Assembly: GCA_965223545.1 (NCBI GenBank) | Contig: OZ245006.1 | Location: 5,472,001 to 5,536,000, forward strand | Source: Planctomycetota bacterium | GTDB lineage: Bacteria; Planctomycetota; UBA1135; UBA2386 | DNA: 64,000 nt | Reading direction: 5' to 3' | In this document: positions 18,277 through 28,224 of the stretch, piece after piece | Layout of the letters: each line of letters starts with the position of its first letter | Numbering within the stretch: position 1 is the stretch's first letter | Notes under the pieces: generated by a model | What the model was told of the DNA's origin: nothing | Databases searched by the model: none | Seen by the model: the letters and a program-made list of their open reading frames with translations, nothing else | Program-made: the position numbers and the translations under genes

Positions 18277-21200
18277 TCAGAGCCCGAGGGTGGTCCAGAG
18301 GGTCGGTGACAGATCGAGGGCCGCGGTGCCGGGGCTGCGGCCGTGAACCGTTTGCCAAGCCAAGGTGACGCCCTGCAGCGACGGCGCCGCGGGCACGCGG
18401 GCCGACAAACTCCAAGCCGATCCACTCAGCGTCAGCGGGACCGGCACGATCGTCTTGGACAAGTCAATGTACGTGATGCAACCGTTGCCTAGGTGGCGGC
18501 TCGCGCCGCGTAGCCCGAGGACCAGGGCAGAAGGCACGCGCGCGGCTCCGCTGTCTCCGCTCAGCGTCATAGCGGTGCCCAGAACCGCATCCGTCGCGTG
18601 GAGTTCGGGGAACGCGGCCGTTCCGCTGCATCCTTGGCCCATCGAGCGCGAACTCGCGCCGGGGGCTAGCCGGAACGGCTCGACTCCGTGTATGGAACCC
18701 GCGGCTGGAAAGACCAGCTGGTCGCCGGCCAGGTGAAAGCCGGGGGCGTAGCTCGGTGACCCCAGGGCTGCCACCTCCACGGTCCCCATCGTGGTTCCGT
18801 CGGTGCGCCAGACGCGTCCGGCGGCGAAGAAGAACACGAACCGCGAGCCGGTTGCCGCGAACCCGTGCGGCAGCGAGCTTCCTGGTCCGGGGACCAGGTC
18901 GGCGAGCCTGCGGGTGCCGGCTGTGGTGCCGTCCGTAATCCAGGGTTCGACGCCGGTCTGGCCGTCACCGGCGTTGAAGACGGCGCCTCGGTCGATCGTG
19001 GCATGGGCGACCACTGGCCTGGCAACGAAAGCGCTGGCACCCTGCAGCGCGAACGTGCCGGCGACGGTGCCGTCCGACCGCCAGAGTTTGTCGTCGACGC
19101 TGAAGTAAGCGAGGCCGTGGCTCACGAACAACGACCTGAACGACGGCGTCGACTGTTGGCTTGTCAGGTCCGCGAGACTGAACGTGCTTCCCGCGGTGCC
19201 ACCGGTGACCCAGGGTTCGAGGCCGGTCATACCGTCATCGGCGAAGAACACAACGCGGTCGCCCAGCGACAAGGGCGTACTCCGTCTCTTCATGCTACTG
19301 GTGGCGCCCGGGTTCAGGTCCAAGAGCCGAGCGGTTCCCCCTGTGGTGCCGTCGGAGATCCAGGGTTCACGGCCGCCTGTGTCGATGGCTGAAAAGAACA
19401 CGCGTTTGCCGAGTCGCACGCCGTCCCGCGGATCGCTCGAGGCGATCCCGGGAAACAGGTCCGCGAGCAACCGCGTCCCGGTGGGGGTGCCGTCCGTGGC
19501 CCACAGCTCCCGGCCGAGATTGCCGGTGGACGGGGACACAGTCAGTGCTGTGTAGAGTAGTCGTGGCCCGACCCGGGCGAGTTCGACCGGAATACTGCCG
19601 GTGGGGCCGGCCGCCGCGTCGGCCAGAAGCCGGGTGCCGGCCGGTGTGCCGTCGGTGGAATAGAGTTCGATCCCGAGCCCGGTCGCGTTGGCGCGGAACA
19701 GGGCGCGGTTGCCCAGGGCCATAGCGAACATTTCCACGTAGGACGATGCGCTGCCCGGATTGATATCCGCTAGCTGCAGCGTCCCCTGCGTTGTACCGTC
19801 CGTAACCCAGGGTTCCGTTCCGCTTTGGCGGGTGGAGAGGCCCATCACCACCCGGTCGCCGAGAACTGTTCCGCTACTGACGGAAATGTTGGCGGTACCG
19901 GGTTCCAAGTCGGCGATCTTTCGGGTCCCCGAGGTCGTGCCATCGGTGGTCCAGAGTTCGTGACCGCTCCCGTCATCGGCGACGAACACCGGTTCTGGGG
20001 CGGCAAAGAACCGGTGTGGCAATGAGTCTCGGGTGGCGCCCGGAATGTTCGGGGTTACGTCGGCGAGCAGTGTTGGGCCCGGCTGGGTGCCGTCGGAGCA
20101 CCAGAGCTCCCGGCCAATAGTCGGATCCAGCGCACCGAAAGCGACCTTGCCGCTGGCCAAGGCAATAATGTCCGCCGGGTCACTGCTGAGTGGCCCAGGA
20201 GCTAGGTCGGTCACGCGGCGGGCGTTGCCTGGCTGACCGTTGGTCGTCCAGAGCTCGACGCCGCTTACGCCGTCGTCGGCGGCGACAAACAGTTGGCCGG
20301 CAGCGACCGTCATCGGTCCAACCGTCATCGGTCCAATCGGCAGCGATAGGGCCAGTGTCTCCAGCTGCTGCGTTCCCGCCGCGGTGCCGTCGCTGGCCCA
20401 GAGCCGATAGGTGCCTGGCAGGCCTACGGCGAACAACAACGTTGTGCCGAACGGAGTCAGACGCTCCGGAACTCCTCCTGAGAGTGGGGCGACCATCCGC
20501 GTGCCCTGTGTCGTTCCGTCGCTGGTCCAAAGGTCGAAGCGGCTCGACACAGTGGTGCCGGCAAAGTAGAGCTGGGAACCGGCCAGCACGAGTTCCGCGG
20601 GGAACCTCGTGGTGTTGGCAGAGAACACCGAGACGACGCCTGTTCCGGATGAAGTGCCGTCGGTGCTCCAAAGTGAGCGCACATAGCCCCCGTCGGCTAA
20701 GAAGAACACTGTGCTCCCACGGCGGACGAGTGCGTACGATCGATTGGTCGGCTGGATAGTGTTCGGAACCGCGATGCGCACGGTCCCGCCGGCGGTGCCG
20801 TCCGTGCGCCAAAGCTCGAGTTGGCTCCCGCCCGTGGTGGTAAACACTGCGAAAGACCCGAGCGACGTAATGTCGGCGCTGGGGAGAGTGTTGCTGAAAC
20901 CGATCTGCCGCACCATCGTCGATCCGGCCGCGGTGCCGTCAGAGAACCAGAGCTGCCGTCCGGTTTGCACCAACTCACCAAAGAACAAGACGCCCGTCCC
21001 AAACGGGGTGAGGTACATCCCGGAGACTGCGCTGTTCCGATCCAGATCGGCGACCCGTAGCGTGCCCGGGCCGGTGCCGTCCGTGACCCAGAGATCCCGG
21101 CTGTTGTTGGCCTCTCTTGCCGAGAAGAACACGCGCCCGTTGGCGATCGTGAACTCGGCCGGGTCGGAATCTGCGGATCCTGGATTCAGATCCAGCACAA

Positions 21201-21450
21201 GCCGGGCGGCTCCTCCCGTCGCCGGGACTGCGAACAGCTCGCGTCCGGTGCTCGGCGTCGTTCCGGTGAAGAGGATCGTGTTGCCGAACTCGATCCCTGC
21301 GCTCGCGCGGGAGCTGGGGATCGGGGGTGGCGTCGTGTTGATGTCGAGTAGAAGACCCGGGGGCGCTGTGCTCTGCGCACCGATCGCGTCGGAAGACGCG
21401 ATCAGCGCGGCCCACGTCATGATGAAAGCCGGTGACACTACTCCTCGCAT
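18277..21450 (-). CDS. ELWxxDGT-repeat secreted protein with conserved C-terminal domain
   Basis: More than 12 repeats of the ELW.TDGT..GT / EPW.TDGT type; signal peptide; codon usage visibly less GC-biased than its neighbours. Confidence 0.9.
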   Translation of the reverse strand: MRGVVSPAFIMTWAALIASSDAIGAQSTAPPGLLLDINTTPPPIPSSRASAGIEFGNTILFTGTTPSTGRELFAVPATGGAARLVLDLNPGSADSDPAEFTIANGRVFFSAREANNSRDLWVTDGTGPGTLRVADLDRNSAVSGMYLTPFGTGVLFFGELVQTGRQLWFSDGTAAGSTMVRQIGFSNTLPSADITSLGSFAVFTTTGGSQLELWRTDGTAGGTVRIAVPNTIQPTNRSYALVRRGSTVFFLADGGYVRSLWSTDGTSSGTGVVSVFSANTTRFPAELVLAGSQLYFAGTTVSSRFDLWTSDGTTQGTRMVAPLSGGVPERLTPFGTTLLFAVGLPGTYRLWASDGTAAGTQQLETLALSLPIGPMTVGPMTVAAGQLFVAADDGVSGVELWTTNGQPGNARRVTDLAPGPLSSDPADIIALASGKVAFGALDPTIGRELWCSDGTQPGPTLLADVTPNIPGATRDSLPHRFFAAPEPVFVADDGSGHELWTTDGTTSGTRKIADLEPGTANISVSSGTVLGDRVVMGLSTRQSGTEPWVTDGTTQGTLQLADINPGSASSYVEMFAMALGNRALFRANATGLGIELYSTDGTPAGTRLLADAAAGPTGSIPVELARVGPRLLYTALTVSPSTGNLGRELWATDGTPTGTRLLADLFPGIASSDPRDGVRLGKRVFFSAIDTGGREPWISDGTTGGTARLLDLNPGATSSMKRRSTPLSLGDRVVFFADDGMTGLEPWVTGGTAGSTFSLADLTSQQSTPSFRSLFVSHGLAYFSVDDKLWRSDGTVAGTFALQGASAFVARPVVAHATIDRGAVFNAGDGQTGVEPWITDGTTAGTRRLADLVPGPGSSLPHGFAATGSRFVFFFAAGRVWRTDGTTMGTVEVAALGSPSYAPGFHLAGDQLVFPAAGSIHGVEPFRLAPGASSRSMGQGCSGTAAFPELHATDAVLGTAMTLSGDSGAARVPSALVLGLRGASRHLGNGCITYIDLSKTIVPVPLTLSGSAWSLSARVPAAPSLQGVTLAWQTVHGRSPGTAALDLSPTLWTTLGL

Positions 21451-21528
21451 GCCGTGCGAGTATAGCGGGCATCCCGCGCAAACTGTTGGGGCACATGCTG
21501 CGGACCGGCCCTCCAGTGGGTGTCGGGG

Positions 21529-21642
21529 GCCGCGGTAGCTTCTTGCTGAGCGAGCCGCAGAACGCGCTGCGAATCGTCGACGCCGTGCTCGACGCCGCAG
21601 CCGGCAGCGTGCCGGTGACGCTGAAGATGCGCCGCGGCGTGG
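21529..21642 (+). pseudogene. Diverged 114-bp internal fragment of dus (direct repeat of 17446..17559)
   Basis: Encodes RGSFLLSEPQNALRIVDAVLDAAAGSVPVTLKMRRGV versus RGGFLLGEPPTALRIVDAVLDAAAGRVPVTLKMRRGM in the intact gene; ungapped alignment. Confidence 0.9.
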
Positions 21643-22163
21643 GGTGCTCCTCCGACTTGACGGGGAATAACTCTCGAGTACAAAGCGGCGGCCCCATCCC
21701 GTAACCTACTGCCATCAAACAACCAAGCGAGCCACGGGAGGGGCCTCGCGATGCAGATGATAGCGGACGCCATCGGGCGGTGCAGGCAAGTTCTCGAGGA
21801 CTTGGTCAATACGAGCGGCGAGCTCGATGCGACGACCTTCCGGACGTCGGTCGAGGCGATCAAGGACGCGGTCAACGACCTCGGGCGCGAGGCGCTGAAG
21901 GCCGTGGTCGCGCGGGCCGAATGCTCGGCGGACATCATCGTCCGCGATGGCGAGCCGTATCGCTTCAAGCAGACGGTCGCGAAGGGGTGGCTGACCCCGT
22001 GCGGATTGACGGACGTAGCGCGACGGTTCTACCAGCGAGACTCCGGCGGTCGAGGGTTCGCGCCGATCGACGTTGCCTGCGGCATGGTCGGTCGGTTCAT
22101 GACGGCCGATGTCGAGGAGCTGTCTGCAATCTCCGCCGCACTCGGGACGCCAGCAGAGGCATC
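21642..22163 (+). mobile_element. Truncated IS remnant, 5' part of an ISKra4/ISLre2-like transposase (ORF 21751..22194)
   Basis: YRFKQTVAKGWLTPCG...VARRFYQRDSGGRGFAPID..CG..GRFMT resembles the N-terminal T..G...RRYY...PLD motif of Mutator-like transposases. No DDE domain. A TTGACG-N16-TACAAA promoter-like element lies at 21657-21684. Confidence 0.55.
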
Positions 22164-22686
22164 CGTCACCGTACTGCAGCGTGGACGCGGCTGACAGCTT
22201 CGCCGGACCGGCAGGAGTGCCGGCGGGAACGCCTGGCTGGTCCCACTCGAGCGAGGCAATGACGCCGCGGTGGGAGAGCACGTAGATCGGCTTGAGGAAC
22301 GGTCCGCCGGTGCTGCGCATGCGGGGTTGGACCGACAACGATGTCGATGATGCCGGTCTCCTGGTGGTAGGCGAGCGGGTTCAGGTTGCCGTCCAGCACG
22401 ACGATCATGCCGTGGACGGTGGCGAACACGATCTCCGCGGCCACGTCGTTGTCGAGGTTGTCGACCGCGATGCGCGGGTTGGCTGTGGCTGCGGCGATGA
22501 TCTCGTCGCCGGGGCCGTTGGGGTGGGGGTCGCCGGCGGCCAGCCCCGAGACGCCATGACCCGGGGATTGGCTCTGCACGACGTCGGAGCGGGTGATCAG
22601 GCCCTGCGCGCTTCCGACGTAGATCGAAGCCTTGCCGTCGCCGTCGCAGTCCGTGACCACCATGGACTCATCGTAGCCGAACCACG
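22164..22686 (-). pseudogene. Decayed partial copy of the FG-GAP gene segment 25879..26547
   Basis: Direct repeat with long identical runs (e.g. AAEIVFATVHGMIVVLDGNLNPLAYHQETGIIDIVVGPTP), a 2-bp frameshift and two internal deletions; 523 bp versus 669 bp. Confidence 0.92.
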
Positions 22687-22802
22687 CGGCCTCGGGGGAT
22701 CGGGGTTGCGCCTGTCCCTGCGGCTCTACGCTGCAGTTCAGCCTTTTGAACTCGCGCAGCCGCGAGATCGGAGGGGCTTGTAGCGTTGCGTAAGCGGCCT
22801 CG

Positions 22803-23978
22803 TCAAAGCGAGATCGTGTAGTTCAGCATCGCGACCGTCGGCGCGGTGATCTGCATCGGCCCAGTTGGCGGCAGCACGACGGATTGAAAGGACAGCAGGA
22901 CATTGCTGAAGCTGGGCGGCAGGAAGCTCGACGTCGGCATCACGGCGCTGGACTGGAACCAGAGCCCCGGCGACGGCACGGTCGCGGTGTGAATCAGGAC
23001 GAGAAGTCTGGGGTCAAGCCAGATCTCATCCCAGCCGGCGAACGAGGGGATCGGCGTGGGATAGCTGGGTGGAGGCAGGCTGGCAAAGGTCATGGCCACT
23101 GACCCGTTCGGTGCCCAGACCGTTGAGCGGAGGGAGTAGACTCCGCTCGCCCATGACGGCTCCACGATGGTTGCGGCCAAGGGCTTCTCTACGATCCGCA
23201 TGGTACCCTGCACGCGGTTGGGCGGGAACAGGGGGTCGTATGTCAGAGTCCCGCCGGAGCCGGTGATGTCCGTGGAGGTGGCGCAGGAGCCGGTACTACC
23301 CCGAACGTAGGAGCCGGAAGTGGCGAGGATGATGTCTGAGTTGGTTGCCTGGATTCCGGGCCGCGGGTTGGGGCAGATGTTCGCAGTCACGACCGGTGTA
23401 CTGATCAGTGCCACTCGCGACCCGACAGCAGTCAGTGGAATTCGAGGATGTTTGTACCTGGCGACCATTTGTCCCTGAACGTGAAGTACGTTGCTTTGCT
23501 CGACGTGCATCACCTGCGTGAGACAGTCGACGAGCGAGACGTTCTGAGATCGTCTGATGTCCAGGACGCCGACCGCGGCCTCGAATGGAAACCAGCGAAG
23601 GCTGTTCGTCCTCAACCGCTGTAGATGCACCGGACCCGCGCAGTCGTACACCTGGATGACATGGTCTTGCCAAGTACCGTTCGAGAGTCCCCATGCGACG
23701 AAGCGTTCGTTCGATGGGATGTTCTGAATCGTGACCGGCGACAGTGTTTGGAGTGGACCGACCATGGTCACGCCCTTGTCAACCGTGAACGCTGAGTAAG
23801 GAGTCGGACTGGGCCGGGCGAAGATGGTATCGCCAGCGCTCGCTGCGGCGATAGCCTGAGGGATGTCGGTAAAGTGACTGCCCGGGCGTGCCTGGCTGTC
23901 GACGATCCAAGTAGCTTGGGCACCTAGCGGCGCCGCACACGCGAGCAGAACTAATGGTCTCAAAAGTGCATGGAGCAT
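22803..23978 (-). CDS. Secreted protein, possible beta-helix N-terminus, conserved C-terminal domain
   Basis: Signal peptide; TWIVDS....FTDIPQAIAAASAGDTI (typical lead-in to a parallel beta-helix); C-terminal LSFQSVVL; atypical codon usage. Confidence 0.65.
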   Translation of the reverse strand: MLHALLRPLVLLACAAPLGAQATWIVDSQARPGSHFTDIPQAIAAASAGDTIFARPSPTPYSAFTVDKGVTMVGPLQTLSPVTIQNIPSNERFVAWGLSNGTWQDHVIQVYDCAGPVHLQRLRTNSLRWFPFEAAVGVLDIRRSQNVSLVDCLTQVMHVEQSNVLHVQGQMVARYKHPRIPLTAVGSRVALISTPVVTANICPNPRPGIQATNSDIILATSGSYVRGSTGSCATSTDITGSGGTLTYDPLFPPNRVQGTMRIVEKPLAATIVEPSWASGVYSLRSTVWAPNGSVAMTFASLPPPSYPTPIPSFAGWDEIWLDPRLLVLIHTATVPSPGLWFQSSAVMPTSSFLPPSFSNVLLSFQSVVLPPTGPMQITAPTVAMLNYTISL

Positions 23979-23980
23979 GG

Positions 23981-26900
23981 CTAAGGACTCGCGGCATAGG
24001 AAGGGTCCAGTCGCTGGACACCGGTAGTGCCGGCGATGTACACCTCGGGTGCCGGGTGCGATTGGTCGAGATTCTCGATCAGTATCGACTGGAATGCGCC
24101 AATGGAGCCGTCCAAAACCATGCGAAAAACAGGGTCGGGACTGGCCAGTTGACGCTGCACCACATCCCAGCGAAATACGCTCAACTCACCGATGTGCGTG
24201 CAGACCAGAATCTCTAGCCCATCTGGATCCTGGTCGAGGTCGGCGACCGCGATCGCGCAGGCGCCGTATCCGGGGAAGTCCGGCAACAAGGCCGTTCCCC
24301 CGATGTTGGCTTCCCCAAGATGTTGGAGCGTGGTTTGCCCCGGGACGTAATCGAGAACGTGAAGGCTCGCGCGCGCAGGATTGCCTGTGTGGTCGATGGA
24401 GTCGTAGAAGGTCGCGAACAGGATTTCTTCCTCTGCATCTCCTGGCTCATACGCGCCATCCAGGTCGTGTACCGCAAGGGCCTGTCCACCGAGGCCGAGG
24501 TCGGCGCTCTGCGCGACGATCGGATTGTGGTGGGACGTGAAGGTGTCGAGAACGACGACTCTGCCCCCGAACCCAGCGACGACTACTTCGGGCTTTGCAG
24601 TGATGGGTCGCGTGACATGCGCCAATCTGAGGCTCTGCTGCTCCCAGACCTGGTGGAGGGAGAACTCCTGTCGCAGCGTGATACCCGACGATAGCTGAGT
24701 CGGTGTCGGCCCCGGGGGGTGGTGGTTCCCGGAGTTTCCGAACGGCGGCCCCGTCGAGTTCCAGACGTCGCTGAAGCTCGTGTTCGCGGGAAAGCCGACA
24801 GGCGTGTATTCCACGACCTGAACGATGTTCGGGTAGAATCCTCCACCGTACGGAACAGCGTTCCACCAACCCGCGTAATGGACGGACCCCACCGCCCGAA
24901 CATCTCCCGGGAGTGGCACGATCCAGAAGTCGGATTGCGCAGTTGCGGCTGCGGTTTGAAGGATTGCCCAATCCCTCAAGTTCGCGTTTGGTTGGTAGAG
25001 ATCCAGAGTTAGACGTTGGTGAGTCGGAAGCGACGCAACGCTCCACGCAGTGTGTCCCGATCCACCCGACCCCGTCATCGTACTCAACCCACTCCCACCA
25101 TGCCGCAACATGAATCCCGGGGCTGGTGCCTGATCCGGAATGCCCCCGGCCGGAACCACAGGCGCCCCCGTCACCGGATCCAACTTCCACCAACTCTGAT
25201 CCGGGCCAAGTGCGTGCAGCACCCCATTCCCCGCCCCAACCCCAGGCACGCCCTCGATCGCCCAGGTGCACGAGATCGAGGGATTCGTCCGGTGATCCCG
25301 CAACCCCCATGCGCCGCCGCCAGGCGGGTTGGTGACCACGCTGACGTTGCGCTGGATCGGGATCGGCGACTGCGACGTGTCCATCAGCTCGGCGAGCTCG
25401 AACCACACGACGCGGCCGGTGGCGGTCGATACGACGATCTCGTCGTTGCCGTCGCCGTCGATGTCGCCGGACTGGACGTCGGCGGCTTTGGCCGCGGGGG
25501 CGAAGGTGTCCAGCTTGCGCAGGCCGAGCCAGGTCTTGAATTCGTTCCAAATGAGCAGATGGCCACTGAAGAGCGCGACGAGATAGCGGACGCGATTCTC
25601 TCCCGCGGTGTGCGTGGCGCCGGTGACGGCGACGCCGTTGCCGCGCACTGGCTTGCCGAGTCCGATGAACGGAGTCGTGGCCGGGTGGGCGGGCGTGTCC
25701 AGTCGACCGAAGGAGTCTTGCATGTCCAGCGTGTCCGGGGTGAAGAATCGGAAGCTGTCGTGCTGGACGACCGGCGGCCCTCCGCCGAGTGTGGGGAACA
25801 ACGAGCTCTTGAACTGGTTGCGGTGCATGGACAGCAAGTACGGCTGCTCGGTCCACATCACGTACTCGAGGTCCGCCGCGTCGCCGTACTGCAGCGTGGA
25901 TGCGGCCGACAGCTTCGCCGGACCGGCGGGAGTGCCGGCGGGAATGCCTGGCTGGTCCCACTCGAGCGAGGCGACGACACCGCGGTACGAGAGCACGTAG
26001 ATCGGCTTGTGGAACGGTCCGCCGGTGCTGCGCATCTGCGGCGTCGGACCGACGACGATGTCGATGATGCCGGTCTCCTGGTGGTAGGCGAGCGGGTTCA
26101 GGTTGCCGTCCAGCACGACGATCATGCCGTGGACGGTGGCGAACACGATCTCCGCGGCCACGTCGTTGTCGAGGTTGTCGACCGCGATGCGGCGCGGCTT
26201 GGTGTAGAGCCACGGATCGGTGAGGCCTTGGACCGTGATGCCGAAGGGGGCTTCGGCGGACCGCAGCAAGGCCAAGGTGGTGCCGTCGTAGACGGCGATC
26301 CGCCGGTAGGCTGCGGCGATGATTTCGTCGCCGGGGCTGTTGGGGTCGACGTCGCCGGCGGCCAATCCCCAGACGCCATGGCCCAGGGGTTGGCTCTGGG
26401 CGACCACGACGAGCGGCTGCATGCTCGGGCTGATCTGCTCGACCTCGAAGCGGGTGATCAAGCCCTGCGCGCTGCCGACGTAGATCGAAGCCTTGCCGTC
26501 GCCGTCGCAGTCCGCGACCACCATGGACTCATCGTAGCCGAACCACGTCCCCTGACCGACGGGCTGGAAGGTCGGGCTCTCGACCAGCAAGGTCTCGGGC
26601 GAGGGAAAGTTCTGGCGGACCCCGGCGCGGTTGAGGACGTGATCGTGGGGATCCAGCGTGGTGATGCCGGCGGCCAAGCCGGGACGGAGCTCGGTCGGTG
26701 TCGGTGGTGGGACGCCGACTCCGACCTGTCCGGGGGCTTCTTGGTCGATGAACCACGCGGCCGCGTCGATCACCTGTGGAAAGGTGATGGTGCCACCGGA
26801 GGTGTCGCGCACGGTCAAGGGTTCAGCCCACGTGATATCGAAGTGGCAGCCCTTGCCGACCCTCGACCAATAGATGTTGGGTGCGTTGGCGTGCGCGCTG

Positions 26901-28117
26901 ACGACGTGACCGGCTGTCGCCGTGTTGGTGTTGCCGGGCGCCGACAGGTCGTCCATCAGGCCGATCCAGTCGGTGCCGTTGGTGACCGTGTCCTCGTCGC
27001 TGCACAACAGCATGGCGGGGCGGGCGACCGTGCCGTGGCGCAGGCGGTTGGTGAACGACATGCCGAGGTAGTCGGTGCCCTCTTGGGCACAGAACACGGT
27101 CCAATCCAGCGCGTCGGGGAGCTGGTAGTCGGCGCCGGACCCGACGTCGCCGGTGGCGCTGGTGAAGAGGTCGTAGGCGTCGTGCTCGTTGGGCACGGCG
27201 CGATGGGAGGGGTTGTAGGCCGAGGAGATCGCGCCGTCGAACTCGTGCGGGTAGCGCAGGACGCCGACCTGCGCCGCCAGGCCGCCGAACGACCCTCCCG
27301 CGAGGATGAAGACGACGTCCTCGTACTGGCTGAGCATCTGCTCGATCACCGTGCGGAGTTGGCGCGCGCGCTGCATCAAGAACGTCAGCGGCCGCCCCGC
27401 AGTGCGCGGCACGATGTGGGCCACGAATACGTCGTAGTTGCGCCCGGTGTAACTGCGCGAGCGGTGGATCAGCTGGTCGGGGTGCGGCTATTTGCGTTCG
27501 CCCCATCGCTCGGGGGAGGTCGTCGTCAGCTGGGTGGCGAGGAGCCCGAATCCGTCGTGGTGGCCGGGATAGCCGAACGGCGCCTGCTCTTGCGGCGCAC
27601 TTGCCTTTGGCGGTTGCGTTGCCGGCATCGCGATCACGGCGACGGCGAAGCGGCCGGGGCTGGGGTCCCACTCTGTCGGGCGCACGATCTCGAACGACGC
27701 AGCCAGCGGCGGAGGCTCGCCAGGCGAAGACGACACGCCGCGGAGTTCGCCGATGTACTGCTCGAGGTTGCCGATCACGGTGGTTCCGTCGAAGTCGTAG
27801 CCCTCGATCGGCGTCCAGTTCCGGATCTCCTTCACGGCGCCCGCTTGCACCACTGTGCTCGGGTCCGGATCCGGTCCGTGGTAGCCGCCGACATCCGGTG
27901 CCGCCGGGTCGGGCAACGCCTCGCCGAAGTTCCACATCAAGTCGGCCTTGTTGAGGAACGGCGAGTACGGCGTGTTGATGACCGCGGTCGGCAGCGGGTC
28001 CGCGATCATTGGATTGCCTCCGACCTGAGCGGTCGGCGCCCCCGCAAATGCCGCGGTGGCGCAGGCCATCGCGATCAGGTGACGGGCGCGATCACCGCGT
28101 GTTCTCTCTCTCTGCAT
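23981..28117 (-). pseudogene. Secreted alpha/beta-hydrolase plus FG-GAP/VCBS repeat protein, interrupted by one in-frame TAG (27488-27490)
   Basis: ORFs 27488..28663 and 23981..27424 are in the same frame and read through as ...WGERK*PHPDQLIHRS.... Signal peptide from ATG 28117; nucleophile elbow GGSFGG; repeats DCDGDGK, DIDGDGNDEIV and DLDG. Confidence 0.7.
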
Positions 28118-28224
28118 CGCTCGCTCCATGATGGTCCCGATGACCACCACACTGGCAAGCCGCGACGCGCCCGTCAATCCCCCTACGGCACCCCCCGCCC
28201 GATCGTGAAGCCCGACCCCCGACC

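Noticed and set aside
21529..26547. Diverged repeats as a diversity-generating retroelement TR/VR pair
   Set aside because: Mismatches are not confined to adenines, the copies carry deletions, and no reverse transcriptase is present in the window.
28103..28113. (TC)5T dinucleotide run at the start of the FG-GAP hydrolase gene as a phase-variation switch
   Set aside because: Too short to argue for slipped-strand switching, and the gene's interruption is a nonsense codon elsewhere.
28205..28222. GGGGTCGGGCTTCAC (minus strand) as another copy of the REP-like motif
   Set aside because: Only partial similarity and no AGTAC end; noted but not counted.
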